Of a stretch of DNA of 64,000 nt, positions 9,249-19,564 are shown in pieces. Every line of letters starts with the position of its first letter. Within the stretch, counting starts at the first letter, position 1. A model generated the notes under the pieces. That model did not search any database. It saw nothing but the letters and a program-made list of their open reading frames with translations, and was not told the DNA's origin. A program made the position numbers and the translations under genes. The stretch is from Acholeplasma sp. (GTDB lineage: Bacteria > Bacillota_I > Bacilli_A > Acholeplasmatales > UBA5453): the NCBI GenBank assembly GCA_036677365.1, contig JAVBWN010000012.1, positions 64,001 through 128,000 on the forward strand, read 5' to 3'.

Positions 9249-10718
9249 ATGACAATATATGAAACAGCCTTTAATAGTATTACAAGTTTTAGCACCTTTG
9301 GAAAAACACTTAATACCATTGCAATCTTTTCTGACCTACATTTTGACTATTCTAATCGTAAATATAAACCTACTAAAGCTAATGAAAATGAGTCGGACTT
9401 CATTAGAATTTTAAATGAAGAGTATAAGGAATCTCTAGTTTTATTGGCAGGTGATTTCTATGATGATTATCGCAAGACTTTTGCATTTGTAGATCGATTG
9501 GAGCGAGAACAAATATATGGTTTTTTCGTGTTAGGAAATCATGATTATTGGAACAAAGGTAAGTTCTCATATCATGAAATGATTGACCTATATAAATCAC
9601 ATACTGAAAACAATTGCTACTTTAAATTACTTGTCAGTGGAGTTCCTTATAAAATTAACGATATTCTGTTTATTGGTGATACAGGATGGACAAGTTTTGA
9701 TAATGGCAAAGGATTAATTGATTTGAGCAAAAAGTTCATTGATTTACCAGAAGAAAATCAGATAAAAGATTTTACCTATTCGCAGGTTCTTGATAATCAT
9801 TGTAAATGGATTGATTATGCAAATTCCATATTAGAATCAAGTAGCAGAGTTATAGTTTTGACGCATTTTCCAATGTTTGGTATATCCTTAAAAAAGAAAT
9901 CGGATTTGTGGTGGAGTTCAAAAACAAGAATTCTAGAAACAAAAAATTGTTGGAAAATTCATGGTCATACACATAAAAATTATCAAGAATACAATTGTTT
10001 ATCTTATCAAAGAGGATATGAGGATCAATTGGATAAACTATATTTTTTTAATGAAATGACGAGTTATGATTACTTTCAGTGTTCAATTGGAAAACTTATT
10101 AAACTGTCTGATAGTAAAGAGCTAGTGGATTCAAAAAAATACTTGATGGGTAAGTATTATAATAGTCAACAATTATCATCTACGAATGAGGTAGAGATTA
10201 TCAATGTTAAGAAAAGAGGGTATATTAGAAGTGCAGCAAATAAGAATGTTTTTGTCGAATTATCAGCAAACCCTAAACGATTTATAAACAAAGTAGAATC
10301 AGTGCTCAAAGGTTATCTTAATAATGTTTATATTGGTTATACACCTTACAAAGGATTAACTAGTGATGAGATTACATCTATTGAAAATTCCCTATTTATA
10401 CTTAAAAAGAGTGATTTTTCTGATATAAGAGAATACATGACAGCAGCTGTAATTGCTGGTTATGTATGGAACGGTATGCCTGACGGTATATCTTATATGC
10501 GTCCCCTAGACGATTATGACATCATTAGGTTTTATTTAATGTTTCTTACCATTAAAAAATTTGGTCTAACAATGAGTGATGTTAATAGTGTAAGGAAAAA
10601 CCCAAAACATTCAATTAAAGTAGGTAATGTAGATGTTTATATACCAATGGTAAATAACTATACATTAGATCCAGAAGAAGTACAAATCGAGTTACGAAGA
10701 ACAATGTTGTTGAGCTGA
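9249..10718 (+). CDS. Calcineurin-like metallophosphoesterase with an uncharacterised ~200-aa C-terminal domain
   Basis: SDLH, AGDF, GNHDY, THFP and HGHTH motifs; AAGGAG RBS favours ATG 9249 (ORF track start is 9219). Confidence 0.8.
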   Translation: MTIYETAFNSITSFSTFGKTLNTIAIFSDLHFDYSNRKYKPTKANENESDFIRILNEEYKESLVLLAGDFYDDYRKTFAFVDRLEREQIYGFFVLGNHDYWNKGKFSYHEMIDLYKSHTENNCYFKLLVSGVPYKINDILFIGDTGWTSFDNGKGLIDLSKKFIDLPEENQIKDFTYSQVLDNHCKWIDYANSILESSSRVIVLTHFPMFGISLKKKSDLWWSSKTRILETKNCWKIHGHTHKNYQEYNCLSYQRGYEDQLDKLYFFNEMTSYDYFQCSIGKLIKLSDSKELVDSKKYLMGKYYNSQQLSSTNEVEIINVKKRGYIRSAANKNVFVELSANPKRFINKVESVLKGYLNNVYIGYTPYKGLTSDEITSIENSLFILKKSDFSDIREYMTAAVIAGYVWNGMPDGISYMRPLDDYDIIRFYLMFLTIKKFGLTMSDVNSVRKNPKHSIKVGNVDVYIPMVNNYTLDPEEVQIELRRTMLLS

Positions 10719-10982
10719 TATACTTAGGATTCACTTCTTGTAACTGAATAATTAGTTGCTGGATGGATATTGTTTTAGTTCAATAAAGCAGGCATGATAT
10801 GTGAGAAATTTCTGTTTTGAGTAATACATTTTTTATGTCTTTTGTTAATTAATTAAATTAGGGTTCTATCCATTCATTAAATTATAACAATTTATGAAAT
10901 GGTTGTTAATAGCATTTTGAAAATGTATTAAAAAAGTTGGTTATGAAGTGCTATTGACGCCCTCATCTTGTAGGTGCTTTGA

Positions 10983-11348
10983 TTATTTATCCCACCAATC
11001 ATCTATACGAAGACCAGTTAAGTTTTGATACTGTTTTGTTAATTCAAAACCCAATAGGTCAAAAAACTTTAGTTCGGTAAGAGAAAAAAGTGATCCAATT
11101 CTTTCAATTTGTAAACTGCACAGGTGAATGACGATGATATTAGGGCTGTGATTTTCGATATACTGAATTGTCAAAGTACATCCATCAAGTGCAAAAACTA
11201 GACTATTTTTTTCAAGTTTTTGATGGTTTCCTTGAATATCTCTTTTCTCATCCTCTTCATTTCCTTTATTAGGTAATATCTCAGTGTAAACATTTGGAAT
11301 ATAGAACGACACAATCGTTCCTACTAATTCTTTTAGGTTATTTTGCAT
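10983..11348 (-). CDS. Hypothetical protein
   Basis: The only credible minus-strand gene; AAGGAG upstream on the minus strand; divergent from 11438. Confidence 0.5.
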   Translation of the reverse strand: MQNNLKELVGTIVSFYIPNVYTEILPNKGNEEDEKRDIQGNHQKLEKNSLVFALDGCTLTIQYIENHSPNIIVIHLCSLQIERIGSLFSLTELKFFDLLGFELTKQYQNLTGLRIDDWWDK

Positions 11349-11437
11349 GGTAAATTCATCTCCTTATATGTATTGTAACAGAAGATTTATCACTTTGTTT
11401 AAATATTTGATAGAATATACTTAATGAGGTATGAGAC

Positions 11438-11938
11438 ATGCAATTAGAAAAATTTAAACATTATCTATCAAAAACTAATTTGAAGATTGTAAAACAAGAA
11501 CATTCTAATACTAAAATGAAGCTAGAGCATGAGAATGAATTGTTGGGCTTTATAACTATTGAAACCATGGATAAATATTTAAGAAAAAACTCGAAACAGT
11601 TTGAAGACTTTCAGACTATATTTCTTAGATTAGTTGGTCCTGAAAGAACGAATGCAGATATTTGGAAGAACATTAATGTCGACGCGAACTATCATAACAA
11701 GTTAATAAGTAAAAATGAACGCCCGTCAAGAGACAAGGTGTTACAGATCATTATTGGCTTAAGATGTAATTTACAAGAAGCTGAGAAATTACTCGCCTCT
11801 GTTGGATATTCATTTAACAATTCCTTTAAGGATTTAATCATAAAAGCACACATAGAAAGTAACGATTATGATATTTTTAGCATCAATGAGCTATTGAAAT
11901 ACTACAAAGAAAAACCACTATTTTCAGATGAAGCATAA
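11438..11938 (+). CDS. Putative XRE-like HTH DNA-binding protein
   Basis: NADIWKNINVDANYHNKLI...PSRDKVLQIIIGLRCNLQEAEKLLASVGYSF resembles the XRE-like domain often found with macrodomain proteins in Bacillota. Confidence 0.55.
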   Translation: MQLEKFKHYLSKTNLKIVKQEHSNTKMKLEHENELLGFITIETMDKYLRKNSKQFEDFQTIFLRLVGPERTNADIWKNINVDANYHNKLISKNERPSRDKVLQIIIGLRCNLQEAEKLLASVGYSFNNSFKDLIIKAHIESNDYDIFSINELLKYYKEKPLFSDEA

Positions 11939-11957
11939 TAGACAAAAAAGTCAAGTA

Positions 11958-11987
11958 GACGCGAGGATGTATCTTGCGTTTTTTTTT
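11958..11987 (+). terminator. Intrinsic terminator
   Basis: GACGCGAGGA-TGTA-TCTTGCGTT hairpin followed by a long T-run. Confidence 0.65.
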
Positions 11988-12094
11988 GGTTTATAATAAC
12001 TATGTGTCAAACTTAAAACATTAAAATGACATAGGGTATTTAACGATTGAAACACATCTATAGATTTTTCAGGTCACTAATCATTGGAGGGAAT

Positions 12095-12427
12095 ATGATG
12101 TACAAGCATTTTATTATTAGAGAGTATTTATATCCTGAAGAGGTCTATAACCCTCAAATTTTGAATCAACAAATCTGTGTCAATTTTGATTATGAAGAAG
12201 AAATGGAGGAATCATTTGAACTAATTAAACAAAATTCTATATACATTCAAGGTGAAAAAATGAACAATAAAAGTTGTATAAGATCATCAACTATTAAAGT
12301 GATATTCTATGTTACAACCGATGCACTTGCGTTAGAGCTTGCCACACGTTGGATAAACGAGTCAAAACAAAAAAATAAAGGTTACAAAATCATCGGTATT
12401 GACCGATACTATTCTGCCTTAGAATAA
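12095..12427 (+). CDS. Hypothetical protein
   Basis: GGAGG RBS before ATG 12095. Confidence 0.55.
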   Translation: MMYKHFIIREYLYPEEVYNPQILNQQICVNFDYEEEMEESFELIKQNSIYIQGEKMNNKSCIRSSTIKVIFYVTTDALALELATRWINESKQKNKGYKIIGIDRYYSALE

Positions 12428-12437
12428 AGGAGAAAAA

Positions 12438-12755
12438 ATGATAAGAATTAAAAAACTGGATGAACTAAGTATTGATTTAGTGGCAGATATTTATCCAAAA
12501 CTAAGAGAATTCTTTGATCAAATAACCTTTGATAACTATGATCAATACATCATGGGGTATGAGTATGGCCCTTATCTTTTATATGAATCTTTCAATTTTA
12601 TGCCGAGTTCAGATGAACAGGATGATCAAATCATTGAATTTGAACAACGTAAACTATTCTTATTCTTGAATGGTGTCTTACTGTATCATATTCAATCCAT
12701 GGATCGAATAATTTTAATATGCGATGCTTATGACATCGAACATAAATTCAAATAA
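12438..12755 (+). CDS. Hypothetical protein
   Basis: AAGGAG RBS; operon spacing. Confidence 0.6.
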   Translation: MIRIKKLDELSIDLVADIYPKLREFFDQITFDNYDQYIMGYEYGPYLLYESFNFMPSSDEQDDQIIEFEQRKLFLFLNGVLLYHIQSMDRIILICDAYDIEHKFK

Positions 12756-12803
12756 TTAGTGAAATCATAAACAGAAGTATATAGACATTTTGGAGGAAAA
12801 ATA

Positions 12804-14714
12804 ATGAAGTTCATCGATTTAAAATTTGAAGAAAATGAGACTAAAAATGCATTTATTGTTACGCGGTGTTTATCAGAAAACAAGTGCATCTATATCCCTG
12901 ATGAAATTGCTGGAAAGCCTGTTATTGGTTTTTCAAGCACCTTTAAACTAAATGATTACAACAAGGTTATAGTACTTGGGAAACATATGGATAGTATCTC
13001 TGATGACATTCTAAATGAAGGTAATGAACTCACGGTTTATTCATATAATGATTTAAAGGATAATAGCCACACTGAAGACATCACAATTAGAGCTAATCTA
13101 GAATCTATATATGAAGATATGGATGTGATTTTTGGACTTTTTGGTGATAAAACAGCATATGTGATAGACAATCAAATAGTGGATTCGATGAAGATTGGTT
13201 TTGGTACTTGGGGTAGATTAATTGTTATACCAACCATGATTAATGATGAGTATAAAGTTGTTGGTATCGGAAATCATGCATTCTCAAATGCCATAAATTT
13301 AAAGAAGATTCTCTTGCCAGAAACCATAAAATGGATAGGAAAATTTGCATTCGAAAACTGTTATAAATTAGAAGATATCGCCTTGAATAGCGATATTCTA
13401 TGTATAGATGATTTCTCATTTAGCAGGTGTCATCATTTAGGTCGAGTTGAAATTAATGGTAACGTCGAGTATATGGGCAAAAACATTCTAAATGATTCAT
13501 TCAGATCATATTTACTATTTAATCAACTCGATACTGGCAACTTCAACAATAATTGGAATTTACAAAATAGACCAGTATATTATGGTTTTGTGGAGTTACT
13601 TTCAAGAAATGAACTGATTTATGCACTATTTAATGATTTTACTGCTGTTATAATAAGTAACCAATTAAGCAAACACACATTTCTAGAACTTCCTGAAAGA
13701 GTGGTATACATGAATCAAGAATATTTAGTCAAAGAAATAGCCCCATATGCATTTTACAAGTGTGTTAATCTGTTTCAAATTGAAATCCCATTCTCAATAA
13801 GCAAAATACATGCATATGCATTTTCAGGGACTTTATTGAGGGAAGTCACACTCCCACACCACATGGAATACATTGGAGAAGGCATTTTTGCCAATTCTAT
13901 ATTATTGGAATCTATTGTCATGCCTATAAATATAGAATTTATCCCTAAAAATTTCTCGAATAACTGTCAAAGTCTACATTCAGTAACCTTACCAGATAAT
14001 GTGAAAGTCATCTGTGAATCAGCATTTCAAGGGTGTTCGAAATTGACAAACATGAGTTTACCCAGTTCATTAGAAGTATTAGAATCCATGTGTCTATATG
14101 ATACAGATCTACCACTAATTATTTTAGGTCAAAATGTAAAAAAAGTAGAAGATCTCGCATTAGCTTGTAATAATACATTGGAGTCGATAGTATTTATGAA
14201 TTCGAATTGTATTATCGGTGAAAATTCATTATCATCAGACCGGTTAATCAAAATATATATCGCGGGTCCTGAAGAGAATCATTTAGCTTTGGTTTTACAT
14301 AGAACTTATGGCAAAAAAATCAATATTTTTACTGAAGTTGAAAAAACCATTGTTGATCATGGAATTATATATCTATTAAATGAATTTGGTGCTGCGATAG
14401 TTATTGGTCATCAGGATGAATCGCTAAATGAAAACGCCGTTATAAAAGCTCAGATTGAAGGTAATAATACTATTAAAGTGGATAGAAAAGCATTCTATAA
14501 TTCTAGACGTCTGAAAAATCTCTATATTCCTGATGGTGTAACTGAACTCAATCCTTATTTCATTCAAAATTGTTATAATCTCCAAAAGGTCTCCATTCCA
14601 GACAGTTTTAAGCATACATTAGCAAGTTGGTATCCGGGATCTCATCAAGTAAAAATTGAGATTAGATCTAAAAAAGTAACAAACGACAATAAAGAAATTG
14701 AGGTAGTATCATGA
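12804..14714 (+). CDS. BspA-type leucine-rich repeat (LRR_5) protein, no evident signal peptide
   Basis: Repeated LxxIxLPxxIxxIGxxAFxxCxxL units (e.g. LKKILLPETIKWIGKFAFENCYKL, LHSVTLPDNVKVICESAFQGCSKL). Confidence 0.85.
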   Translation: MKFIDLKFEENETKNAFIVTRCLSENKCIYIPDEIAGKPVIGFSSTFKLNDYNKVIVLGKHMDSISDDILNEGNELTVYSYNDLKDNSHTEDITIRANLESIYEDMDVIFGLFGDKTAYVIDNQIVDSMKIGFGTWGRLIVIPTMINDEYKVVGIGNHAFSNAINLKKILLPETIKWIGKFAFENCYKLEDIALNSDILCIDDFSFSRCHHLGRVEINGNVEYMGKNILNDSFRSYLLFNQLDTGNFNNNWNLQNRPVYYGFVELLSRNELIYALFNDFTAVIISNQLSKHTFLELPERVVYMNQEYLVKEIAPYAFYKCVNLFQIEIPFSISKIHAYAFSGTLLREVTLPHHMEYIGEGIFANSILLESIVMPINIEFIPKNFSNNCQSLHSVTLPDNVKVICESAFQGCSKLTNMSLPSSLEVLESMCLYDTDLPLIILGQNVKKVEDLALACNNTLESIVFMNSNCIIGENSLSSDRLIKIYIAGPEENHLALVLHRTYGKKINIFTEVEKTIVDHGIIYLLNEFGAAIVIGHQDESLNENAVIKAQIEGNNTIKVDRKAFYNSRRLKNLYIPDGVTELNPYFIQNCYNLQKVSIPDSFKHTLASWYPGSHQVKIEIRSKKVTNDNKEIEVVS

Positions 14715-15187
14715 AAAAATCGATTTATACAAAAAATGCCTTAGCTTATGAAATAGTGATTGAAGAGTTAAAGACAATATTTAAAAAATATGATGATGAC
14801 TTGATTAAAAAAATTATCGAAAATTCGATTATTCAGACATTAAGGAAGAAATCTGAATATGAAGTACCAAAATATATATCAGTTTTAGCACATGATAGTT
14901 TAGCAGCCTCTAAATATCAAATTTCACGTCATGGTCATGTTCATGAAATCAACAATCTTATCGAACCTATAATATTGGATCATTGTAATCCAATTACTGA
15001 TTTAGTTAGAAAATACCTTAATAATACCTTGGATTCAAAACAGTTGATTGAGCAGAATTTTACAGCCGTTCTGTTAAGAACCGAAGATAAAAAACTATCC
15101 AAAAATAAGTACAAAAGCAAACGATCTATGGGGTGGGAAAAAGCTTATGAGGATTGTGGAATTAAGATTAAACCATACAATCATTAA
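14711..15187 (+). CDS. Hypothetical protein, possible His-Me/HNH-like nuclease
   Basis: ATGA overlap with the LRR gene; IILDHCNPI...VLLRTEDKKL weakly resembles (D/E)HxxP His-Me motifs. Confidence 0.45.
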   Translation: MKKSIYTKNALAYEIVIEELKTIFKKYDDDLIKKIIENSIIQTLRKKSEYEVPKYISVLAHDSLAASKYQISRHGHVHEINNLIEPIILDHCNPITDLVRKYLNNTLDSKQLIEQNFTAVLLRTEDKKLSKNKYKSKRSMGWEKAYEDCGIKIKPYNH

Positions 15188-15255
15188 ATATATACATTGA
15201 AAAGAAAACCCAAGTCGAGAATTAGAAATTAAGAATAATCGAAAGAATCAAATAC

Positions 15256-15287
15256 AGCCTTTAATCTACAAGATAAAGGCTTATTTT
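15256..15287 (+). terminator. Probable intrinsic terminator
   Basis: AGCCTTTA...TAAAGGCT hairpin then TATTTT. Confidence 0.5.
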
Positions 15288-15443
15288 GTGTTACATAGTA
15301 CCATTTATTTAGAAAATGACGTACGTTATTTAAAACTTTAAATCGAAAGACTCTTTTTCAATCATAAAAGGTTATTTTAAATACTATTACATATGGGAAC
15401 CTGTAGGTTTCTAAAATTTCTTGGAAAATGGAGGGTTACATTT

Positions 15444-15983
15444 ATGTACAGTTTGAAAGAGATTCTCGAGTGGTTAAACACTAGAAAAATGAAGGTAAAT
15501 CATTTATTTGGAGAAGAGATTTCGAATCATTCAAATCTCACAGATTTATCATTAATTATGATGCCTAGCGTCAGCAAATCACCTAAAGTTCATGACTTTA
15601 AAGGCATCATATTTCCACCTGATTTGATTGATAAAGAAGAATCGATGCTCAATGCTTTGATAACCATGGATGAAGAAGCATTGTGTTTTGTAGTCTTGAT
15701 AGGTAAAGATGCGTTCAATGCTTTCAATTCAATTGAAAACATGTTAGAAGGGTATTTATATTTTAATCAGGCGTTTCCAATCATCAAAAAAGACAATCAT
15801 GTGCATTTCTTTGTGAGAGATATGTACCACACAAGAAAAGCAATTCAAACTATATCGAATATGGAGATAAAAGTTGTGGTTTTTCGTAATTTCAATGTGG
15901 ATTATTACTCGATGGGTCAAGTAACAAAAATCATTCATCCATCGCTATTCGTTGAATACTATCCATTGGTTTATTCAAAATGA
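15444..15983 (+). CDS. Hypothetical protein
   Basis: GGAGG RBS before ATG 15444. Confidence 0.55.
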   Translation: MYSLKEILEWLNTRKMKVNHLFGEEISNHSNLTDLSLIMMPSVSKSPKVHDFKGIIFPPDLIDKEESMLNALITMDEEALCFVVLIGKDAFNAFNSIENMLEGYLYFNQAFPIIKKDNHVHFFVRDMYHTRKAIQTISNMEIKVVVFRNFNVDYYSMGQVTKIIHPSLFVEYYPLVYSK

Positions 15984-16106
15984 CATACTAGAACTCAAAT
16001 AACTCCCAAGTCAATCATGAAATATTAGACTACCTATGAATCTTGATCATAGAAGTCATCAACGAATACTATTATATATACCAGAGAAGCTTTTTTAGGA
16101 GGAGAA

Positions 16107-16910
16107 ATGAAACCCAACATTTTAAAGTTGTATCGATTGTTATGTGATTCAAGAGTGTCTTTAAAGATAGGTAGCCAAGAGATACCAATAAAAGATGCGC
16201 CTCCAGAGTATCAAACATTGTTTCTATCACCACTTATTGATTTATCTCATATTCATTATTTAGAACAATCAAAACCTGACATCAATCGAATGATAAAGAT
16301 ATTTCAGATACTTACCACAATCCAATCAAACGAATTGTTTAGGATATGTATCTTGGGTGATTTTATAGACAATCAAGCATTACAATCATTTCATCCATAT
16401 GAAGATGAACACATCCAAACTATCCGATTGAAAAATGTCACCTACTTTTCACTCAAAAGAATCGAATTAGAAAAGTTCATGGATAAGTATTGGGATAAAA
16501 AGGATGACATCCTAATCTTATCACCAAGAGCATGTGGTGTTATTATCCCTGAAATGTCTTCTCATAATCAATATAAGATATTCTTATCGACAGAATCCTA
16601 TTACACTTTATGCACCCATTTGCCTGATAACCTTGATTATTTAGGTATGAATCTCATGAATTCAACCAGGGGATCACTCCAGTTTACACCGAGTGAATAT
16701 GACATCTTTAGAGCTATAAAAGCTTACAATTTCAAGGACTTAGATTTGAACATTAAGCTACTTGTGAACTTTGAAAAGCCTTTTGTTCAAAATATGGTAA
16801 CCAATATGTTGGCATGTAACAATATGCATAAAGCACAGTATTTAATTATCCAAGTATTAAAACAATTGAAAAATACAACCTTGGAATCATTGATAGGAGA
16901 TGATAAATGA
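16107..16910 (+). CDS. Hypothetical protein
   Basis: AGGAGG RBS; 267-aa ORF. Confidence 0.65.
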   Translation: MKPNILKLYRLLCDSRVSLKIGSQEIPIKDAPPEYQTLFLSPLIDLSHIHYLEQSKPDINRMIKIFQILTTIQSNELFRICILGDFIDNQALQSFHPYEDEHIQTIRLKNVTYFSLKRIELEKFMDKYWDKKDDILILSPRACGVIIPEMSSHNQYKIFLSTESYYTLCTHLPDNLDYLGMNLMNSTRGSLQFTPSEYDIFRAIKAYNFKDLDLNIKLLVNFEKPFVQNMVTNMLACNNMHKAQYLIIQVLKQLKNTTLESLIGDDK

Positions 16911-16985
16911 TTCTTGGATGAGTTAACCACGCTTAGGGTATAACGTAGTAAGAAACGATTGTAAAAAACAAACGGAGGGAACAAC

Positions 16986-17618
16986 ATGACATTCAAAAAG
17001 AACCAAGTATTTGAAAGAACCACCATCGAGGAACTATCACAACTTTGTTATTCGATTAGACTTCAACACGTTCATGTATTTGTTATCAAAGGACAAAACA
17101 AAGAACAATTATACGAATACATTAAAGAAATGGGATATGTGTTTGAGAATAATTTGATTAAAACCCTTCATAATGACAATATCATTTTCTCAACTCAATA
17201 TGACGATATTAGTTCAGTAATTTTTTCATTAGATGTTAAAAACGTCATTATAGAAGAAGTATTAGCGGCTAATGATGAAGATGGCAGCTATTTCATGACA
17301 GTGGTTGAAAGACTAAAACTATTATCTCAACATAATGATGATACAGATGTCCTCTTAGCAGCAATCATCGCAGAGAGCGAATTGGGTAAACTCATGTATG
17401 ACTTTGAATACGAAAGACTTTATGGTCATTTTAATGAGAAATTCATTCAAACCATGATGAATCACATTATAGACATCAGTGAAGTGAATGATATCGATTT
17501 GTTAAATAAAACTATTCTAGAAGCAGTATTAAATCTAGAGTTCTATATTTTTGATGATAGATTTGAATCGATAGTAACCCAAGATTATCTAGTGAAAAAA
17601 CTAGGTTTTATCAAATAA
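16986..17618 (+). CDS. Hypothetical protein
   Basis: GGAGG RBS; 210-aa ORF. Confidence 0.6.
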   Translation: MTFKKNQVFERTTIEELSQLCYSIRLQHVHVFVIKGQNKEQLYEYIKEMGYVFENNLIKTLHNDNIIFSTQYDDISSVIFSLDVKNVIIEEVLAANDEDGSYFMTVVERLKLLSQHNDDTDVLLAAIIAESELGKLMYDFEYERLYGHFNEKFIQTMMNHIIDISEVNDIDLLNKTILEAVLNLEFYIFDDRFESIVTQDYLVKKLGFIK

Positions 17619-17710
17619 ACGATTTACTTATATAATTAGTATCAAAAATAACACAACTTTAGTAATCAAGTATGATAATATGAACTTAAGTCGTAATTGT
17701 GGAGGAACCA

Positions 17711-19564
17711 ATGAAAATATCGAAAACTCGGTTCATGCATTATATCAAAAATGTACCCTATCCAAAAGAAATTGTTAAACGACTTAGGACCCTTGACTCG
17801 GAGATTGAGTTTAACGACATTACTGAATTATTAAAGCTCGAAAATGAGTCACGAAGAAAAATTATACTTGAAACGATGTCGAATATTCTTGAAGAGGATG
17901 CAGATGACATCAGTATTGATACTGACAAGTTGAACGAAAAAGATGCTAAAAAAGATATACTCTCTCCCTATTTAAAGAAGATAGAAGCCTTGGTTGCGAG
18001 AAAAGTAAAAAACATATTTGGTGGTATGGTTGTTCAAGAACAGGACACCTTTGATCAACCATACTATCAAATTGAACAAGATGGATATGATTTTTTCGCT
18101 TTTCTAGATACTCGTCAAGAAGATGAAACAACAGTTCGAATCATTGAAACCAAAGCAACCACATCCAACAAATTTTTAGAACTCAGCTATAAAATCAATA
18201 AGGAATCCTATCCAATATTTATAAAAAACTCACTGGGTGTATGGCAAACCAAAGCAACATTGGGCAGGATTGAAGACAAACAATACTTAAAGAAGATTGA
18301 AAAACTGATGGATAAGAAGGATAGGGCGGGTCAATACGTGTATGATTTGGCTTATCAAAGGTACATTATTGAAAATTCTAATAATAAGAAAAAACACCAA
18401 TACTATTTGGCTGTACTAAACAGTGACTATGTTTTTGATGGAAGATATGATAATAATGGTGAGCCTATATATTCGGATGACATTATAACAATCATAGATT
18501 TAACGGATATCACTGAGCAACTCATGGAGAGTATGAAAAATGATACTGCTTATGTGATTGATATACTAAATCACATGGACTTAGAAGCCATTAAACTCGA
18601 AGAGACATTGATGAAAGGTGATATTTTAATACAATCGAAATATCGAGAACTGATAGGTATAGAATATCCAATCACAGAATTTAATCAATACCACCACGGC
18701 TTTGGTGAAGACAAAATAAGCGTGCAGGATTTAATCAATCAAGGCATTAGAGGCTTTGATCAAATGCCAGAGAATTTTCTAGTTAAACCCAATCAAATCA
18801 TCCAATACAAAGCTTTTATAACAGAACAGCAGCATATTCAAAAAGATGTGATTAGACAGATGATAAGCCAATTAAAGTATCCATTATATCACTTAGACTT
18901 CGAAACATTTCCTTGTCCACTACCTAGATACATAGGTGAAAAACCATATGAGCAATCGGTATTTCAATTTTCATTACATATTGAAACCGAACCAGGCTTA
19001 TGTGATAAAGAAATCAATCATGTGGCGTTTCTTTCAAAAGACCACGAGGATAGAAGAAAAGAGATTATTGAAACGTTGCTTGAGCATATTAAAAACGATG
19101 GAGGAAATATCATTGCCTATCATGCTTCCTTTGAAAAAAAGGTATTATCACGATTAGCAGACATGTTTCCAATATATGCTCAAGAACTTAATCAACTCAT
19201 AGATAGAGCATATGACTTAAAAGACATTATTAAAAACAACAAAACCATAAGTAAATCGTTAGGATTAGGAGAGGATGTAACATTCAACTTCTATGACAAA
19301 AGACAACATGGATCTTTTTCAATCAAGAAGATATTACCTATTTTCAGCGAATTAAGCTATCAAGGCATGAATGTATCTAATGGAAATGACGCTTTAGTTG
19401 GGTATGCATTGTTACCTAAGTTGAAACGTGAAAATCAAAGAGAATACGATACACTATACCATGACATGTTGCAGTATTGTAAACAAGACACATGGGCAAT
19501 GGTGTTGATATTAAATGAATTAAGACAAGTAATTGAAAACAAAGGAGGATACAAGGATGCATAA
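17711..19564 (+). CDS. DUF2779-domain protein (N-terminal PD-(D/E)xK/Cas4-like, C-terminal RNase H-like)
   Basis: N-terminal ISKTRF, FLD...IIETKATT, YDLAYQ; C-terminal YPLYHLDFET...PYEQSVFQFSLH...IIAYHASFEK...SIKKILP...YCKQDT, typical of Mollicutes DUF2779 proteins. Confidence 0.8.
   Translation: MKISKTRFMHYIKNVPYPKEIVKRLRTLDSEIEFNDITELLKLENESRRKIILETMSNILEEDADDISIDTDKLNEKDAKKDILSPYLKKIEALVARKVKNIFGGMVVQEQDTFDQPYYQIEQDGYDFFAFLDTRQEDETTVRIIETKATTSNKFLELSYKINKESYPIFIKNSLGVWQTKATLGRIEDKQYLKKIEKLMDKKDRAGQYVYDLAYQRYIIENSNNKKKHQYYLAVLNSDYVFDGRYDNNGEPIYSDDIITIIDLTDITEQLMESMKNDTAYVIDILNHMDLEAIKLEETLMKGDILIQSKYRELIGIEYPITEFNQYHHGFGEDKISVQDLINQGIRGFDQMPENFLVKPNQIIQYKAFITEQQHIQKDVIRQMISQLKYPLYHLDFETFPCPLPRYIGEKPYEQSVFQFSLHIETEPGLCDKEINHVAFLSKDHEDRRKEIIETLLEHIKNDGGNIIAYHASFEKKVLSRLADMFPIYAQELNQLIDRAYDLKDIIKNNKTISKSLGLGEDVTFNFYDKRQHGSFSIKKILPIFSELSYQGMNVSNGNDALVGYALLPKLKRENQREYDTLYHDMLQYCKQDTWAMVLILNELRQVIENKGGYKDA

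Noticed and set aside
17711..19564. CRISPR-associated Cas4
   Set aside because: No cas1/cas2 and no repeat-spacer array seen in any intergenic region; the architecture fits DUF2779.
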